Below, in pieces: positions 1 through 12,708 of a stretch of DNA of 64,000 nt. How positions within the stretch are numbered: position 1 is the first letter of the stretch; each line of letters starts with the position of its first letter. Position numbers and translations under genes: made by a program. The notes under the pieces are model-generated. The model searched no databases and was not told where the DNA came from. It worked only from the letters and a program-made list of their open reading frames with translations. The stretch lies in the NCBI GenBank assembly GCA_964270895.1, contig OZ185445.1; one strand, written 5' to 3'. Origin of the DNA: Podarcis filfolensis (Eukaryota).

Positions 1-1849
1 TAGAGGTTCTCTTTTAACAGCTCAGATTTCTAACTGTATTTGCTCATTTTCTTGTTTCTGTGTTATCTGGAATAAAAAGGGTGTCAGACTGCCTTTTTCA
101 TATTTATGAAGCAATAAAAGTTTCCTTCCTCATGTTTCAAGGGCTGAGTGTCCCTTTACTGAACCGAAGTTCTGGATTACGCATCAACAGTGGAACTGGG
201 TGCCACTTCCTGGTTGCACTATCAATCAACAGAGCAGTTTAGAAATAGTACAAAAAAAAAAATAATACTCTGAATCTCACACCCAATTCTCTGCATATCT
301 ACTTGGAAATAAACCCCAATTTTTCACTAGCACATGCTTCCAAGTAAATGAAAAGTATTTCAATATAATACCTCAAAAATAATTCCAGCCAAGTATTTAT
401 ATATGATAAAATACAGAGTTATTTTGCAGATACCACATCTTTCTCTACTGGACTAGATGGCATACATAACAATCATAAACATGTGTATTTTTATTACCGC
501 CTGTAGCAATAAAATCCGGTGCCTGTTAGCAAGAAGCACTGTTTGATTACTTAGCAGCTCGGACTCCAGACGTTTCCCTGGATAAGATCTGCACGGCTTC
601 CTAAGTACATTGGCAAGCCTCCTCCAGCAACCCATTCCACAGCCTTGAGGTTGTTGTGGAAAAGGACCTGCTCCTCATTATCTGCTAATCTTCACTGGCA
701 GTAGTGAGTGGATTGTAAAAGGAGAGGTGATCTCCTCAGAAGGCAGGCCCTTAAGTGTTTTAAAAATAAAATTCAGCAGTTACTTTGGCCTTGAATTGCC
801 AGTGCAGTTTCTCTAGTGCTGGTTGAGTATACTTTCACTAACAGTATAACATGGAACAGCGGCATTCTGTCTGCACCAGCCGCAATCTTTGAATTGCCTT
901 CAGGTTAATGCACTGCAGTAATCCATCCTTGAAGTTACAAAAGCAGGCTGAAGGCTAGATCTCTATCATACAAGATAGAGCATAGTGGATATCCCACTTG
1001 TAACTGATAAAGAAATAAACACCATTGTTGTTTTGAAAAATAAGTGTTATATGTTAATGTGTGGAGCTCAGCATTGTGCTGAGCAATTTGCATATTCTTT
1101 GGGCTTTTTAGTTGGGCTTCATGTAGACCTTGTTCTGCATACTCAATGGAAGCTTTTTAATCTGCTTTAATCTGTTGGGACAGTTTTCTTTTTCTAACAT
1201 ACTTACAATATAACGTCATCATTTTAAAATGGCAAACCTAAAGGAGTGATCTACTGACAGCAGCCACATCATACTGTATTCTTGGAATGTTTCCTGGTAC
1301 TCTGACATTTCTTTGAAAAGAAACTGCATTTGAGGTTGAACTCCATAAATTATGGCATCTAGTATTTAGCTAGAATATTGGTAAAGCAGTTGGGCAAATA
1401 ACCTCTGCTGCTTATTCATATACGTAATGGCAGTCTTGGCTCCATGTGTGGACTTCCAAAGTGGATACTTGGCAGTCAAGCAGCGTCTGTGGTCTTTATT
1501 CACTTCTTTGCTACTTTTCAAACAAACACCACCACTGCTACACTATAGTTGGCATGTGCATGCTAGGTTTAAGCTGTTGGGGATTTTCCAGCAATTGAGA
1601 CTAGTGTGCAGGTGCTAACAAATTGTCCTGAGACCATTTGGTCCCACTATTATGGCACAAAGATCACTGCTGTTATATTCTGTTTACAGTATATAAAAAT
1701 CAAATCAATTGCTTGCCTTAATGAGACTGTTATTTTCCCAAATAGATTCATACTTATTTCATGAAATTAATGCACCACTTGATAGTAAAAAAAAAACCCT
1801 CTCAAATTGGTTTCCAAAAAACGAAACAGCAAATTTAAGGAAAAAAATA

Positions 1850-2040
1850 CAGCTTTACTTTAAAACATACAAAAGTTAAAATACAAAAACAGGTAAAAAA
1901 TACCACAACTTTCTAAGCATCTGGGTAGGCTTGTCTAACCAGGAATGTATTTAGCAAATGCCGAAAAGAGTATAGTGAAGGTGCCAGCTTGATCTCAAAA
2001 GGCAAGGAGTTCCAAAGATTAGGCACTGCCAGACTAAACA
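1850..2040 (-). mobile_element. L2-type LINE 3' remnant
   Basis: Minus strand resembles the degenerate LWNSLP...FR..L..YLF end of L2 ORF2 followed by an AT-rich tail. Confidence 0.45.
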
Positions 2041-2049
2041 ACCAAGTTC

Positions 2050-3720
2050 TTACAAATGGGTATCATTCTTGCAGCTGTATTTGTACACATAAACAAGTTT
2101 CTATATTGCTTAGGTAGCTCTGATCCCATTATCCTCAGAAGAAAAGCTTCTGGGTTGTTGTTTTTTTACAAATGTTATCTTAAACATCTTTTTCAATTCA
2201 TTACCGGTATATATCATTTCCCAGTAAGCTTTAGCCTTATTGCAAGACCACCATATATGGAAAAAGTACCTTCTTTCTCCTTACATTTCCAACTCTTGAT
2301 TTTAATTGATACATTTTTGCCAGCCTGCTAAGTGTTAAATGCCATCTATATGACATTTTCATATAATTTTCTCTTATACCATATCATGCTGTAAATTTTA
2401 TATCCATATTCCACAATTGTTCCCATGCCTCCATTTCTATATTATGACCAATATCTATTTTTTTTAATAAAATATTTATTAGCATTTTCAAGAAACACAT
2501 AACAAGCAAAAAACCAAAAAATAAACAAAACAAAAAAAACAACACAAAAATACATAATATTCAAAACTAAACACAAAAAAGAAAAAATAGAAAAAACACA
2601 TAAAGTTTCTGTTACTTGTAATTCTTAACCTTATTTCTCAGACCTCCTCACACCTCCCCTTCTTATATTCCAATTTAAATTGTCAATTCAGCAAGTCCTT
2701 AACTTATTTCTTTACCTTAGCTTAAACATTTATTCTAACATACTATTATTTTATTTTACTTCTTTTTTCCATTTCCTCAATTTATTTTTAGCAATCTTAT
2801 TTTCAATTAATTTAAAAAGAAAAAACCAATTTTACCTTTTTAAAATTATAGATCAATACTTATACCTCATTATTTATTCTTAGACCTTTTTCCTAAAGTC
2901 GACCAAAATTTCCCTTCCACGATTTACCCAAATTCCTTACCACTAACAAAATATAAAAAGCAAATTATCCTTATGTACCCTTTGGATTCCCAACCTCCAC
3001 CCACCCTTTTCCCGGTTCCAGTCCCCAACCAATAACCGTCAGTCTTTATGTTATTTATTTAGCCTGGAGATCTCACGTCCGAGGCCCTTATATCTCTCTC
3101 AGTTCCTTTCTGCCGGTCTCTTTGATAGTCTTTGATATTAGGCCCCAAATCTCGGAAGGGCTCCGGCCCAACAGAATCCATGTTACTTCCAGCCGGTCCT
3201 CCATCCTTAAAAGCAAAGCCTATGGGGTGCTCCAACTCTTGTTTCAAGTTTCTTTCAAATCCAAATGTCCCCAAAGCTCCAGCTTTCCCCTTCAACAAAT
3301 TTGTAATCCTCAGGTCTTCAGATCTCCTCCAAAGAGGGTCTCTCCATTTTCCAGACTCCCATTCAGACCAGGCTTTCCACATCCAATTTTTATTGTCCTT
3401 TTTTGTCATCATGTCATATTATGACCAATATCTATTGTCCAATGTATCATTAAAGATTTCACTTGTTCATCCTTTGTCTCCCATTCCAATAACATCTTAC
3501 ACATTTTAGACATTACAGTCTTTCTCTAATTGAGATATTTGTCCCCCAACCCCCCGTTTCATATCCTTTTTCAATACTTTGTTCAACTGATGATATTGTA
3601 TGCATGTTGTTAACATTTCTGATAAATCCTTAAACTCTTTTAATTTAAACTCTCCACCTTCCTCTTTTAACAAATTTCTATAAGTTACCCAATTTTCCAT
3701 CATGGTTTTGTTCTTCACCA
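2050..3720 (-). mobile_element. L1 ORF2 C-terminal remnant, split by the 2460-3415 insert
   Basis: Minus-strand peptide LLEWETKDEQVKSLMIHWTIDIGHNIEMEAWEQLWNMDIKFTA is continuous once the insert is removed; homologous to the L1 frame at 46.7-46.85 kb; LFMCTNTAARM at the 3' end. Confidence 0.8.
2460..3415 (-). mobile_element. 5'-truncated polyadenylated retro-insertion with 21-bp TSD
   Basis: Exact direct repeat atattatgaccaatatctatt at 2439-2459 and 3416-3436; T-run and TTTATT at the left end; open 117-aa frame at 3412-3059. Confidence 0.85.
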
Positions 3721-3865
3721 GCGGCTTCCAGTGGTGAAAGCCAAAGTGGTGTTTTTGTCTCCAATAAATTTTTATATTTAACCCATGCTCTGTACAAATG
3801 TTTCCTAATTATATGGCTTGTAACTCCTTTGTGAATTTTCACCAGCTTCAAAGCATTATTTAATA

Positions 3866-3930
3866 CAGTGGTACCTCAGAAGTTGAAAAACGTTCGACTC
3901 ACAAGGCATTTGGGATCCAAGGTATGACTG
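3866..3930. mobile_element. 65-bp pogo/Tigger-like mini-MITE
   Basis: TA-cagtggtacct...aggtatgactg-TA; right half matches the right end of the 47955-48202 MITE. Confidence 0.8.
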
Positions 3931-3932
3931 TA

Positions 3933-4048
3933 ATAGAATCATAGAGTTGGAAGGTACCCCAGTAGTCATCTAGTCCAACCCTGTGCGATGCAGGAATCTC
4001 AGCTGAAGCATCCAGGACAGATGGCCATCCAAATTCTGCTTAAAAAAA
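3933..4048 (-). mobile_element. CR1 LINE 3' end
   Basis: atagaatcatagagttggaagg...catctagtccaaccc is the reverse complement of the CR1 3' terminus with (attctat)-type tail. Confidence 0.8.
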
Positions 4049-5946
4049 TATCCTAGCCTGTTCTGAAACTGGTAACCATGGTTTCCCTGTTCACACAAAA
4101 TGGTGAATTTTGGTTAATTTGAACAGCGGTTGGCAAACTTTTGGGGCCCATGGACACACTTGCAAACTGGAGAAATTGCCATGGGCATAACACACAGGGA
4201 CAACCTAGTTTTGAGGGCAGGCAGGTGACCCTGTGAGCATCAGGGAAGGCCACTGCAGGCAGATTTGTGCCCATGGGTGCCATGTTCGTGACTTCTGAAT
4301 TAGAGGGCTTCAATTTGATTGCTCATGCAACAAAGAGAGGGGCAAAAGGGGCTTCAATGTGCACTCACAAAGCTTGTTCCCAGGTCGAAACTTAACACTG
4401 GAGGCAATATTTTTCACTAGACTTCTTCCTTTTGTTTTTCAAATTGAGGTTTTCTTTTTATTCTTTATTAAAGCCGTTCATTCTAAAAAAAACTCTGTAT
4501 CAAAATTGCACAGCTATTACATATGCTTACTAGTTCCCTGTCTGTCATTAGCTAATGCTGCTTATACATGACAGTCGAGCCATCACAGATCACACCATGT
4601 TCCAAACTAGAAATTTGCTACAAGCTCACATAGCAGAAAATAACTTGCATGCAGGACAGATGATTCAAGAAAGTGAACAGATTACAGATCAAGGAATTAA
4701 GCATCCTGAAAACATCTGTCCATTTTACAAATGGGGATACCAAGACTCTGTGATTTAATTGACCAACGTCACTCAAATGCTAAGTCGTCTACCCGCCCCA
4801 ACCCACTGTCCCCACTGTCCTTTGGTTTGGTTTACTATAGCCAGGGTCCATCCAGGAAAATCCATGGCAAAACAGAAAGTCAGTCAAGAGCAGACAGACA
4901 GTAGGAGGCACCAGACTGATGCACCAGGGCTGAGAAACTGGGAATTTGTCATCATCCGGATGAGTCTGATCTGGTGCTGCTACTGGTCTGCTCCTGCCAC
5001 TCCAAGTGCTGCTGCTCTGTGCTGGACCACTGTGGTCTCGAGGAGAGCAGACAAATGAACCAGAGAGAGGCTCCAAGGGGAAATCTTGCCAGCTGAGTAG
5101 CTGGCATGAGACTGCCCCTAAGCCCTTTGTATCGCTACAAGTCCCAAGATATTCTAATGCCTTTCTTACTCTTTGTTCTGTTATTGCTGTTTGCCACCAT
5201 TCTGTTTCCGCAGCAGGACAGCGTGGGTGGAAATGTATGAGATCTCTGACAACTAGGTTAGTTACTCACCTGCTGCTCACAGGGACTGGAGGCTTCAAGG
5301 CCGAGAGGTGGCTATTTTAAATTCTGCACTTCCATTACCGTTTGTGCTTTCCCTGCTCAGTAAGCTTGCATGTTCAGTGTATTTATCTGCCTTGCCATTC
5401 TTAGCCAGTAAAAAGCAGCAGTTGGCATTCTAGGAGCAGAAAGAGGCAGCAGGTGTGATCAAGGGGGAAAGCGGGATGAACAAGCAGTTTATTTGCACAT
5501 TTTGTTCTTGGAAGGGTATATTCAGAATTGTAATGTAATGTAATCTTCAGAAATGTAAACAAGAGACAACAGAGTAAATCAGTGCACAGTTTTCAGTGTT
5601 TGTCAATACTGAAGAAAACAGCTTCCTTCCCATCTCTTTTTCCTGTTTGGAGAATCAAGATGATGATTTGAAGAAGAAAGAAAAGGAATTATTTGAATAA
5701 GAAAAGAAGTGCAGTTGTGTTTTTATTGTACTTCCCCTATCAGTGGATGAAAATGAGCACCCAATAAAATACTTCCTTTAAAAAAAATGAAAATTACAAT
5801 ATGCAATTTGTAGCATGTGGCTTCAACACTTTTTATGGGGCTACGAAATGTCCAGTCAACCCACCACCAATCTAATATTGCCTCTGTAAGAGACATCTGT
5901 TTTGTAGCAGGTCACCCTGGGTGGAATGGTCAGCTATCTGTTCTCC

Positions 5947-5950
<4 letters not shown>

Positions 5951-6000
<50 letters not shown>
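5951..6000. repeat. (CT)25 microsatellite
   Basis: Direct read. Confidence 0.98.
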
Positions 6001-6002
<2 letters not shown>

Positions 6003-9000
6003 AAATGAATGAATGAATCAGCAATCAACTACTTCCAGCTTACTTCCCTACTTCCTGTTTCTTATGTCCTCTTATGTTTCTTATGTTTCCATTATATATA
6101 GTTAATGGGAGCTTATTAAGATAAGGGTTGCTTTGCATCCCCAAATAATTGTTCCTGTAAAATAAAAATGTGCAGCTAGAATATCTTCCAGCTGCTTTCT
6201 GGCTTTGCAGCAAGTCCAGCATTTATTATTTAGTAATAAACTTACGTATATACTGCTGTATTACAAATATATACGGTATACTCTTTCTGAACTTTTAGCA
6301 TTTCTTCCTGAATCAAACAAGCAGTGGCAGGGTTCTTTGTTGTTGTTGTTCAAGTCCTCTTTGTAGAAGTACCAGCTAGCCTTTAAAATCAGGATGTTAT
6401 TGGATGCCCAATAATAATTAAAAATTATTGCAGAGGAGGACCTCATTACCAGCTACGTATTTGCTCACGTGGCAACAATTCCTAACATTAGGCATTTCAT
6501 GCTTTTGTTCTGAACATCTAAGGTGTAATCTATATAACTTGGAAGTTCTCTTTGTATTTTAATATAGTAGGTTTTTTAAAAACAACAACGAAGCAGCTAG
6601 TGTAGCCTTTCAGGTTTGATATTACCAGGACTCCAGAACTCTGTCTGGAATTGCATATTGATGGGAGAAGCATCTAGGATATTTTGGTAGCCTGTGTACT
6701 GAGATAATTTTTCTACCTTATCTGCAGTGATGAATACATGAATCAGTAGCTACGAAGATATGCAGCACGTATCCACACTGATGCTATCAAAGGTTTTAGC
6801 CCCCTGGAATCTTTGGGAGAAAAAGAGGCAACTGAGATGTGTTTAGTACTCTATAACCTTCTTTGGTTTGCCTCAGGTGCACATGTGCATCTCTTAAGTA
6901 GCTGCAACCAGCTTTGGCATGAGGGAAAGCAGCTCAGATCAGCAGCGTTATTGGCCGAGATCATTGTGCAATATTGGTGGTGCCTTGAAATTGATTGCCC
7001 TGCTCTCCCTTGCGTGAGGAATGATATATTGCTGCGTATTACCGGGTCAAAATCGTTATCGCGGTCTGATTTCAAAACTGATTATTGAAAAATCGTGCAG
7101 CGCTAAAACAAGCTATAAAATTTGTGATACTACCGTGAAAAAGCAAAAATTTAGTTGGGGGAGGCAAGGGAGGGGGTCGTGGACCCCAAAATGTCCACAG
7201 ACCCCTCATTCGGAACCACTAGCGTAGAATGTATGAAATCAAGCTTGCAAGTTGGGTTGTTCACCTAACATTGCAGTATCCTTGCAGTGCTATCAGATGC
7301 AGCTCCTGCAGTGTTGAGGACCAAGGCACTCCAGCCAACAACAACAAGGTCTTACAGTTGCTCATATCGGCAAAAAGTTTGTATCAGGTCCAGGAGTATC
7401 GCTTGAGTTACTCTGACCTGTAGGTGAAGGAGACTTCCTTCAGTAGTATAAGTAGCCTCTTCAGTTTCCTCCTGACCACATGTTTGGGGCAGGATATGTG
7501 TGTGTAACTTGGGTTCTTTAGGAGGAAGGGTAGGATATAAATGTAATAAATAAATATAAAGTAAGTAACATCCAGGACTAATCCTTATTACTCAGCTCAC
7601 CATTTGAGGGTCAAGTCCTGACAAATATCCCAGCTCTGTTCAACTGTGTGCTCTTGTTTTGAATAGGAGAGATATTAAAAATGGAGCCTTCTCTCATTTT
7701 ATGTCTTTTCATAGCCATGAAAAGTTTTACATTCTTTGTGTAAATGTTGCCTGACACAGGTTTGCTGGGAAGTTTTTCCTCTGCAGTATCTAGAGCTCAA
7801 GACACAACTGCATTTTGTTTGTTTATTAATCAGTAGAATGTTAATGGTAACATTTTGGATCTATGATTTCATAGGGTGGTATGCAACTAACTTTTACTCA
7901 AAGTAGACCCATTGAAATTAATGAACATTAGTAACTCAGGTTAATTTATTACAGTGAGTTGATTGAGTAAAAGCTTAGCTGAATAGCACCCAAAGGGTCA
8001 GAGGTAAACCTGGGTCATCTGAACAGGTAACTCAATGGATTAGTTTTTTTACAAGAATATCACATTAGAGGTAGTATTGTCAAGCTTGGAGAGGTGATGG
8101 GAAAATATGAGGCCTTCTAGGGGAAGCAGGTCCTGAGAACAAGAAAAAGCTTAAATGTTAGAACAACGCTGAAGTTTTGTCTAAAATTGCATTGCTGTGG
8201 ATGTAGTTCCTCAGTAATTGCTTCAAATCATACAAACTAAATGGAAACTGAATTGTGGAAAAAGACACACTTTGGGGAATAAAGTTATTACTGAAGGTAA
8301 GCTGAGCCTTATGAAAGAACCTGTGACAGTGATATGTTGCGCAATTTCAGTGTCCCACCAAATATTAAATTGAACCTTCACAAGGGAATAGGAATGACAT
8401 TTGGTGATTACCTGAAGTTACTTTACACAGAGCCTGGGAATTATATTAAATCTTCATAGGAAAGATTCTTGTTCTTGCCTTTCATGATGCTGAGTTTCCC
8501 TTCTGGTCAGTTACTGGAGTCTTGCATAGTGCAACTTGGTCTGATCTAGCAATGCATGCTCCGGATCACACAGCAGTGATTAGTTGTGCTTTAACTGAAG
8601 GAAGAAAGTTTTAGCATATGCTCCTGTTTTACTGATTAGAAACACGTTGGTGGGCCACAAGCAGTAGGTTTTCTATAAAATTTTGAATTGGACTGTTTTA
8701 TGTGATTTAAGCCCCTCCTTTTTTTGGCTGTGGGGAAATAGGGCATTAGGCTAATTTTATTTGGTTGGAAGGATAGTTGAATTAGGATAATTTGCATTGG
8801 AAAACGTTCCATTGCTATTGGATTTTTTTCTGATGACATTCCTCCCAGTTCATACACACCAGCAAAGTGGATTTGAGCTTCTCTGTTATATATTTTTTCA
8901 GGCTTCTGCTGGTCTGACTGAGAATGTCAAACCAATCTCCAGAACATTACATCCTGTTCAGTTTTATGTGACAGTTTTAAGTGCCCCCCCAAAAAAACAA

Positions 9001-9271
9001 TAAATAGTTCCACTATTTAATGAAAAAATTAACTTACATTGGCCTCTGTCTTTGGTTGGGACTGATTTTATTCCATGTTTAGTGTGAACTCTGTGTTCAT
9101 TTGTATGGCTTTCACTATTAGTGTTAGGAATGCAAGGCCTCACATTTTGTTTCTTAATGCAGAGGTGGGTATTTAATAACATTGTGTACACTAAGACGAA
9201 AGCACTGAGGTATCCTTCAAAGGTGTGAAACTCTTTAATTTAGTAGGTTAGTATATTTGCAGCAAACTTCC

Positions 9272-9670
9272 TTTTTAAAAAATACTTTTATTAAATTCCC
9301 CCAAAAAATTACACATAAAATTCCAATACATTCTTTAATTTTTTTTCTATTTTTGACTTCCCAACCCATTTTCCGTGATGTTTTCCTTACCCCCCTCTTT
9401 GCTGCATCCTATCTTCTCTCTTCTTTTTATCATAATCAGAGCACAGTAGTCTCTAATTCTTTCCGTTGCTCATAACTCAACCTGTTTGCGGATTCTTCAT
9501 GTTGTAATATTTCTTCAAATAGTCTGAAAGGGGCTTCCCTTTAGTAAGAGAATCTTACTAAAGCCGTTAGCTTTGCTGATTCAACATAGTCCATTACTTT
9601 GCTTATCCATTCTTCTTTAGTAGGAACTTCTTCATCTTTCCATTTCCAAGCGTAAAGATTCCTAGCTGCT
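9272..9670 (-). mobile_element. 5'-truncated L1 3' end with 21-bp TSD
   Basis: TAARNLYAWKWKDEEVPTKEEWISKVMDYVESAKLT on minus; TSD gtatatttg(c/t)agcaaacttcc at 9251-9271 and 9671-9691 (1 mismatch); AATAAA and A-tail. Confidence 0.85.
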
Positions 9671-9949
9671 GTATATTTGTAGCAAACTTCCAATGTATTC
9701 TGAGAAACCTCTGTAGGTCCTCGATGGTCCAGGCAGTGCTCATTGCCAGACATATTGCATGTTCAGATACACCCATTCCCCACAATTGATGTATGTCAAC
9801 TTCTATTTTGCTGGTACTGTATTTTATTTGAATCCAGTCATATGCATTGTCCTACTTACGTTAAGTTGCATTATAAATTGCTTTCCAATAAGAACTGTTA
9901 GAGCTTAACTCTGCTAGTTCAAGATAATCTGTTGCAGTCCTTTTCCATG

Positions 9950-10110
9950 TGCTACTTCCATCAGACCTACTAAGATCATCTACAAAGGAGGGGACCTTCT
10001 CAGGAGTGGCATCTAGTTATGGAATGCCCTCCCTAAAGAGATTCTTTTGGCGCCAACATTGCTAAGGCTTAGGCGAAAACTTTCAGATTTACCCAAGCAT
10101 TTTAATAGAT
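9950..10110 (+). mobile_element. L2-type LINE 3' remnant
   Basis: ttatggaatgccctccctaaagagatt (LWNALPKEI) motif ending caagcattttaa. Confidence 0.6.
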
Positions 10111-10413
10111 CTTGGTTTTAGTCTGTTTTAAAATTTAGGGAGGTATGAAAATGTTTTAAATAAATAAGGACTCTGTGCTCTATTGCTTTTTGTGTCTCAG
10201 TTAGACCCAGGTTGGATCCAGAATAGTCATGCTTTGAGTAGCCCTACTGAAATAGTAGGTCTTGCTTACATCAGTGCCATCAACAAATGTCCTTTCCTCT
10301 TCTTCATTGTTGTAATTATATTTTGACCAACTTTTACTTCAAATAATAATAAGAATAAGAAAAAGGTTTCGGGGGAGGAAATGGATAGGTCATAACAAGT
10401 TATGGCTATGTTT

Positions 10414-10561
10414 GTTGTTGTTGTTGTTGTTTAGTCGTTTAGTCGTGTCCGACTCTTCGTGACCCCATGGACCAGAGCACGCCAGGCACTTCTGTCTTCC
10501 ACTGCCTCCTGCAGTTTAGTCAGACTCATGTTTGTAGCTTCGAAGACACTATCCAACCATC
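10414..10561 (-). mobile_element. RTE Bov-B LINE 3' fragment
   Basis: Minus strand ends ggggtcacgaagagtcggacacgactaaacgactaaac(aac)n; 12-bp TSD atggctatgttt at 10402-10413 and 10562-10573. Confidence 0.88.
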
Positions 10562-11721
10562 ATGGCTATGTTTAGAGCAATTGAAATCAGTAGGGCTTGT
10601 CTTAGCATGAATAAATTTGGCTCTAACCCTATACATAAATGAAACAAAATACTGACTTCAAAGAAAGTTGTGGCATATGTCACCTGACATGTAATATTCA
10701 GATATATGGTTTGCAGCATAATTTTATCCAGTTTTGCATTCGTAATGCACAGTTCGTACTTTGTATTCCTAATTATGAACTTGAACGAGTGAATAAGTTA
10801 ATCAACAACTCATTTATCTATCATTCATCTTTAAGTATATGAGCCGCAGCCTGCTAGAAACTAATTTCTGATGATCTTTGGACAGAGGCGTAGCTAGGGC
10901 TTTTGCCGCCTGGGGCAGTCACTGAGTCACTCTCACTGTTTCTCATCTAGGAGTCTTGCCATGGTCGACTTGCCATGGTCCTCCCCTCCGCTCCAACTGT
11001 CCTTCCCTCCCCCCCCCCCGCTTCCCAAGGGGTGGGAAGGAACTCAGTTCCTGTCACCTCAGACTCAACCTCTTCTTCGCTTTACTTAATGCCCCATCAT
11101 GTTATTTGTTCCTTTTGCTTCAAACACAAACAGAGCTCAAGCACCTATTCCTGCCAGGCAAGAGAACCCCAAAATAGTGCAAAGCAGGAGCAATAAGGGA
11201 GAATATAATCTCTCATACTTGCATGCAGTTTCTGTGGACACCTATAATACTGCTCAAGTATGGTGGATTTAGGTGGTGTCATAGGTGCCCCCTCCCCCAC
11301 ACGTACGACAAGACCTATCGGGCATTCTCGTGGCCTGCTGTAGGCGTGGGAAAGCCCATTGGGACTCGTTGCAGGTGTGGGGAGGCCTGGCAAGGCCTAG
11401 CTCCTCAAGGTTGGGGGGGGCTTAGCCCCATCCCAATTTGGGGGGGGGGCGGGGCGGGCTGAGGTGTCCTCAGCTATAGGGAGTTGGCGCCTATGGGTGA
11501 TATGGTCACATGAGGGCAGCCATTTTAAACCTTCCCAAATCTAGGTAAGTACTTCACAAAATTCCACGTTTAAAAAATCCCCAAATTGCATTAGAAGAGA
11601 TTTTTCTTTGTGTTCTAAGTCCCACCAGTCCCTTTTAGCCTGAAAGGTTCTATGCTTAGGCAGGAAGAACCAGTAGCACCAATATAAGATGGGGGACACT
11701 TGGCTTACCAGCAATACATGA

Positions 11722-12320
11722 TTCAAAGGATCTAAGAGGCTTAGTTGACCACAACATGAGTCAACAATGTGATGCTACAGCAAAAAAAAAAAAAAAAAAG
11801 CTAATGCTATTCCAGGCTGCATCAACAGAAGTCTAGTTTCTAGATCAAGTACCACTCTATTCTGCCTCGGTCAGACCACACCTGGGGTATTGTGTCCTGT
11901 TCTGGGCGCCACAATTTAAGAAGGGTGTTGACAAGCTGGAATGTGTGCAAAAGAGGGCAACAAAGATGATCAAGGATCTGGAAAGCAGGCCTTATGAGGA
12001 ATGGTTGTGTATAACTTTGGCTAAGATACTTTGGTTATAAGAACAGGCTACATCCAAGTAAATCCTACTTACTGCAGACCCTTTGAAATTAATGCTTGGA
12101 TTTTTAATTCATTTCAGTGAGTCTGCTCTGAATAGTACTAGCATCAGAGGCAACCGTGTGTGTGTGTGTGTGTGTGTGTGGTATAAATTTACATGGGGGG
12201 GCAAACTAGGGCTGAGAACAAATGTAAAAAGGATGGGACAGCTGCATATTCCTGCATTGTAGGGGGTTGAACTAGATTATCCTCATCAGGGTCCCTTCCC
12301 ACTCTTCAATACTATAATTC
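11722..12320 (+). mobile_element. CR1 LINE ORF2 C-terminal fragment (11722-12006) and 3' terminus (about 12255-12320)
   Basis: Degenerate MSQQCDATAKKANAI.GCINRS / [38 protein letters not shown]; terminus ttcctgcattgtagggggttgaactagat...cccttccc. Confidence 0.85.
12156..12180. repeat. (GT)12 microsatellite
   Basis: Direct read. Confidence 0.95.
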
Positions 12321-12461
12321 TTTGAGAAAGGAAAACCTCTCCCCAAAGGTGTCTTTCCAGGTTGAGGAAGGATTTAAAGCAAGGCCAGAGTTCAGCAGGG
12401 AGATGTGGAAAGGTGGGAGGGGGCAGAGAAAGGGAGGAAAGTGAATACAGGAGTGTAGGTA

Positions 12462-12708
12462 CCGTATTTTTCGCTCTATAAGACACGCCAGACCACAAGA
12501 CGCACCTAGTTTTTGGAGGAGAAAAAGAAGGAAAAAAATAATTTGAATCCCAGAAGCCAGAACAGCAAGAGGGATCGCTGTGCAGCGAAAGCAGCAATCC
12601 CTCTTGCTGTTCTGGCTTCTGGGATAGCTGCGCAGCCTGCATTCGCTCCATAAGACGCACACACATTTCCCCTTACTTTTCAGGAGGGAAAAAGTGAGTC
12701 TTATACGG
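12462..12708. mobile_element. Tc1/mariner-type MITE with internal hairpin
   Basis: TA-ccgtatttttcgc...tatacgg-TA; perfect 28-bp inverted arms at 12548-12575 and 12597-12624. Confidence 0.85.
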
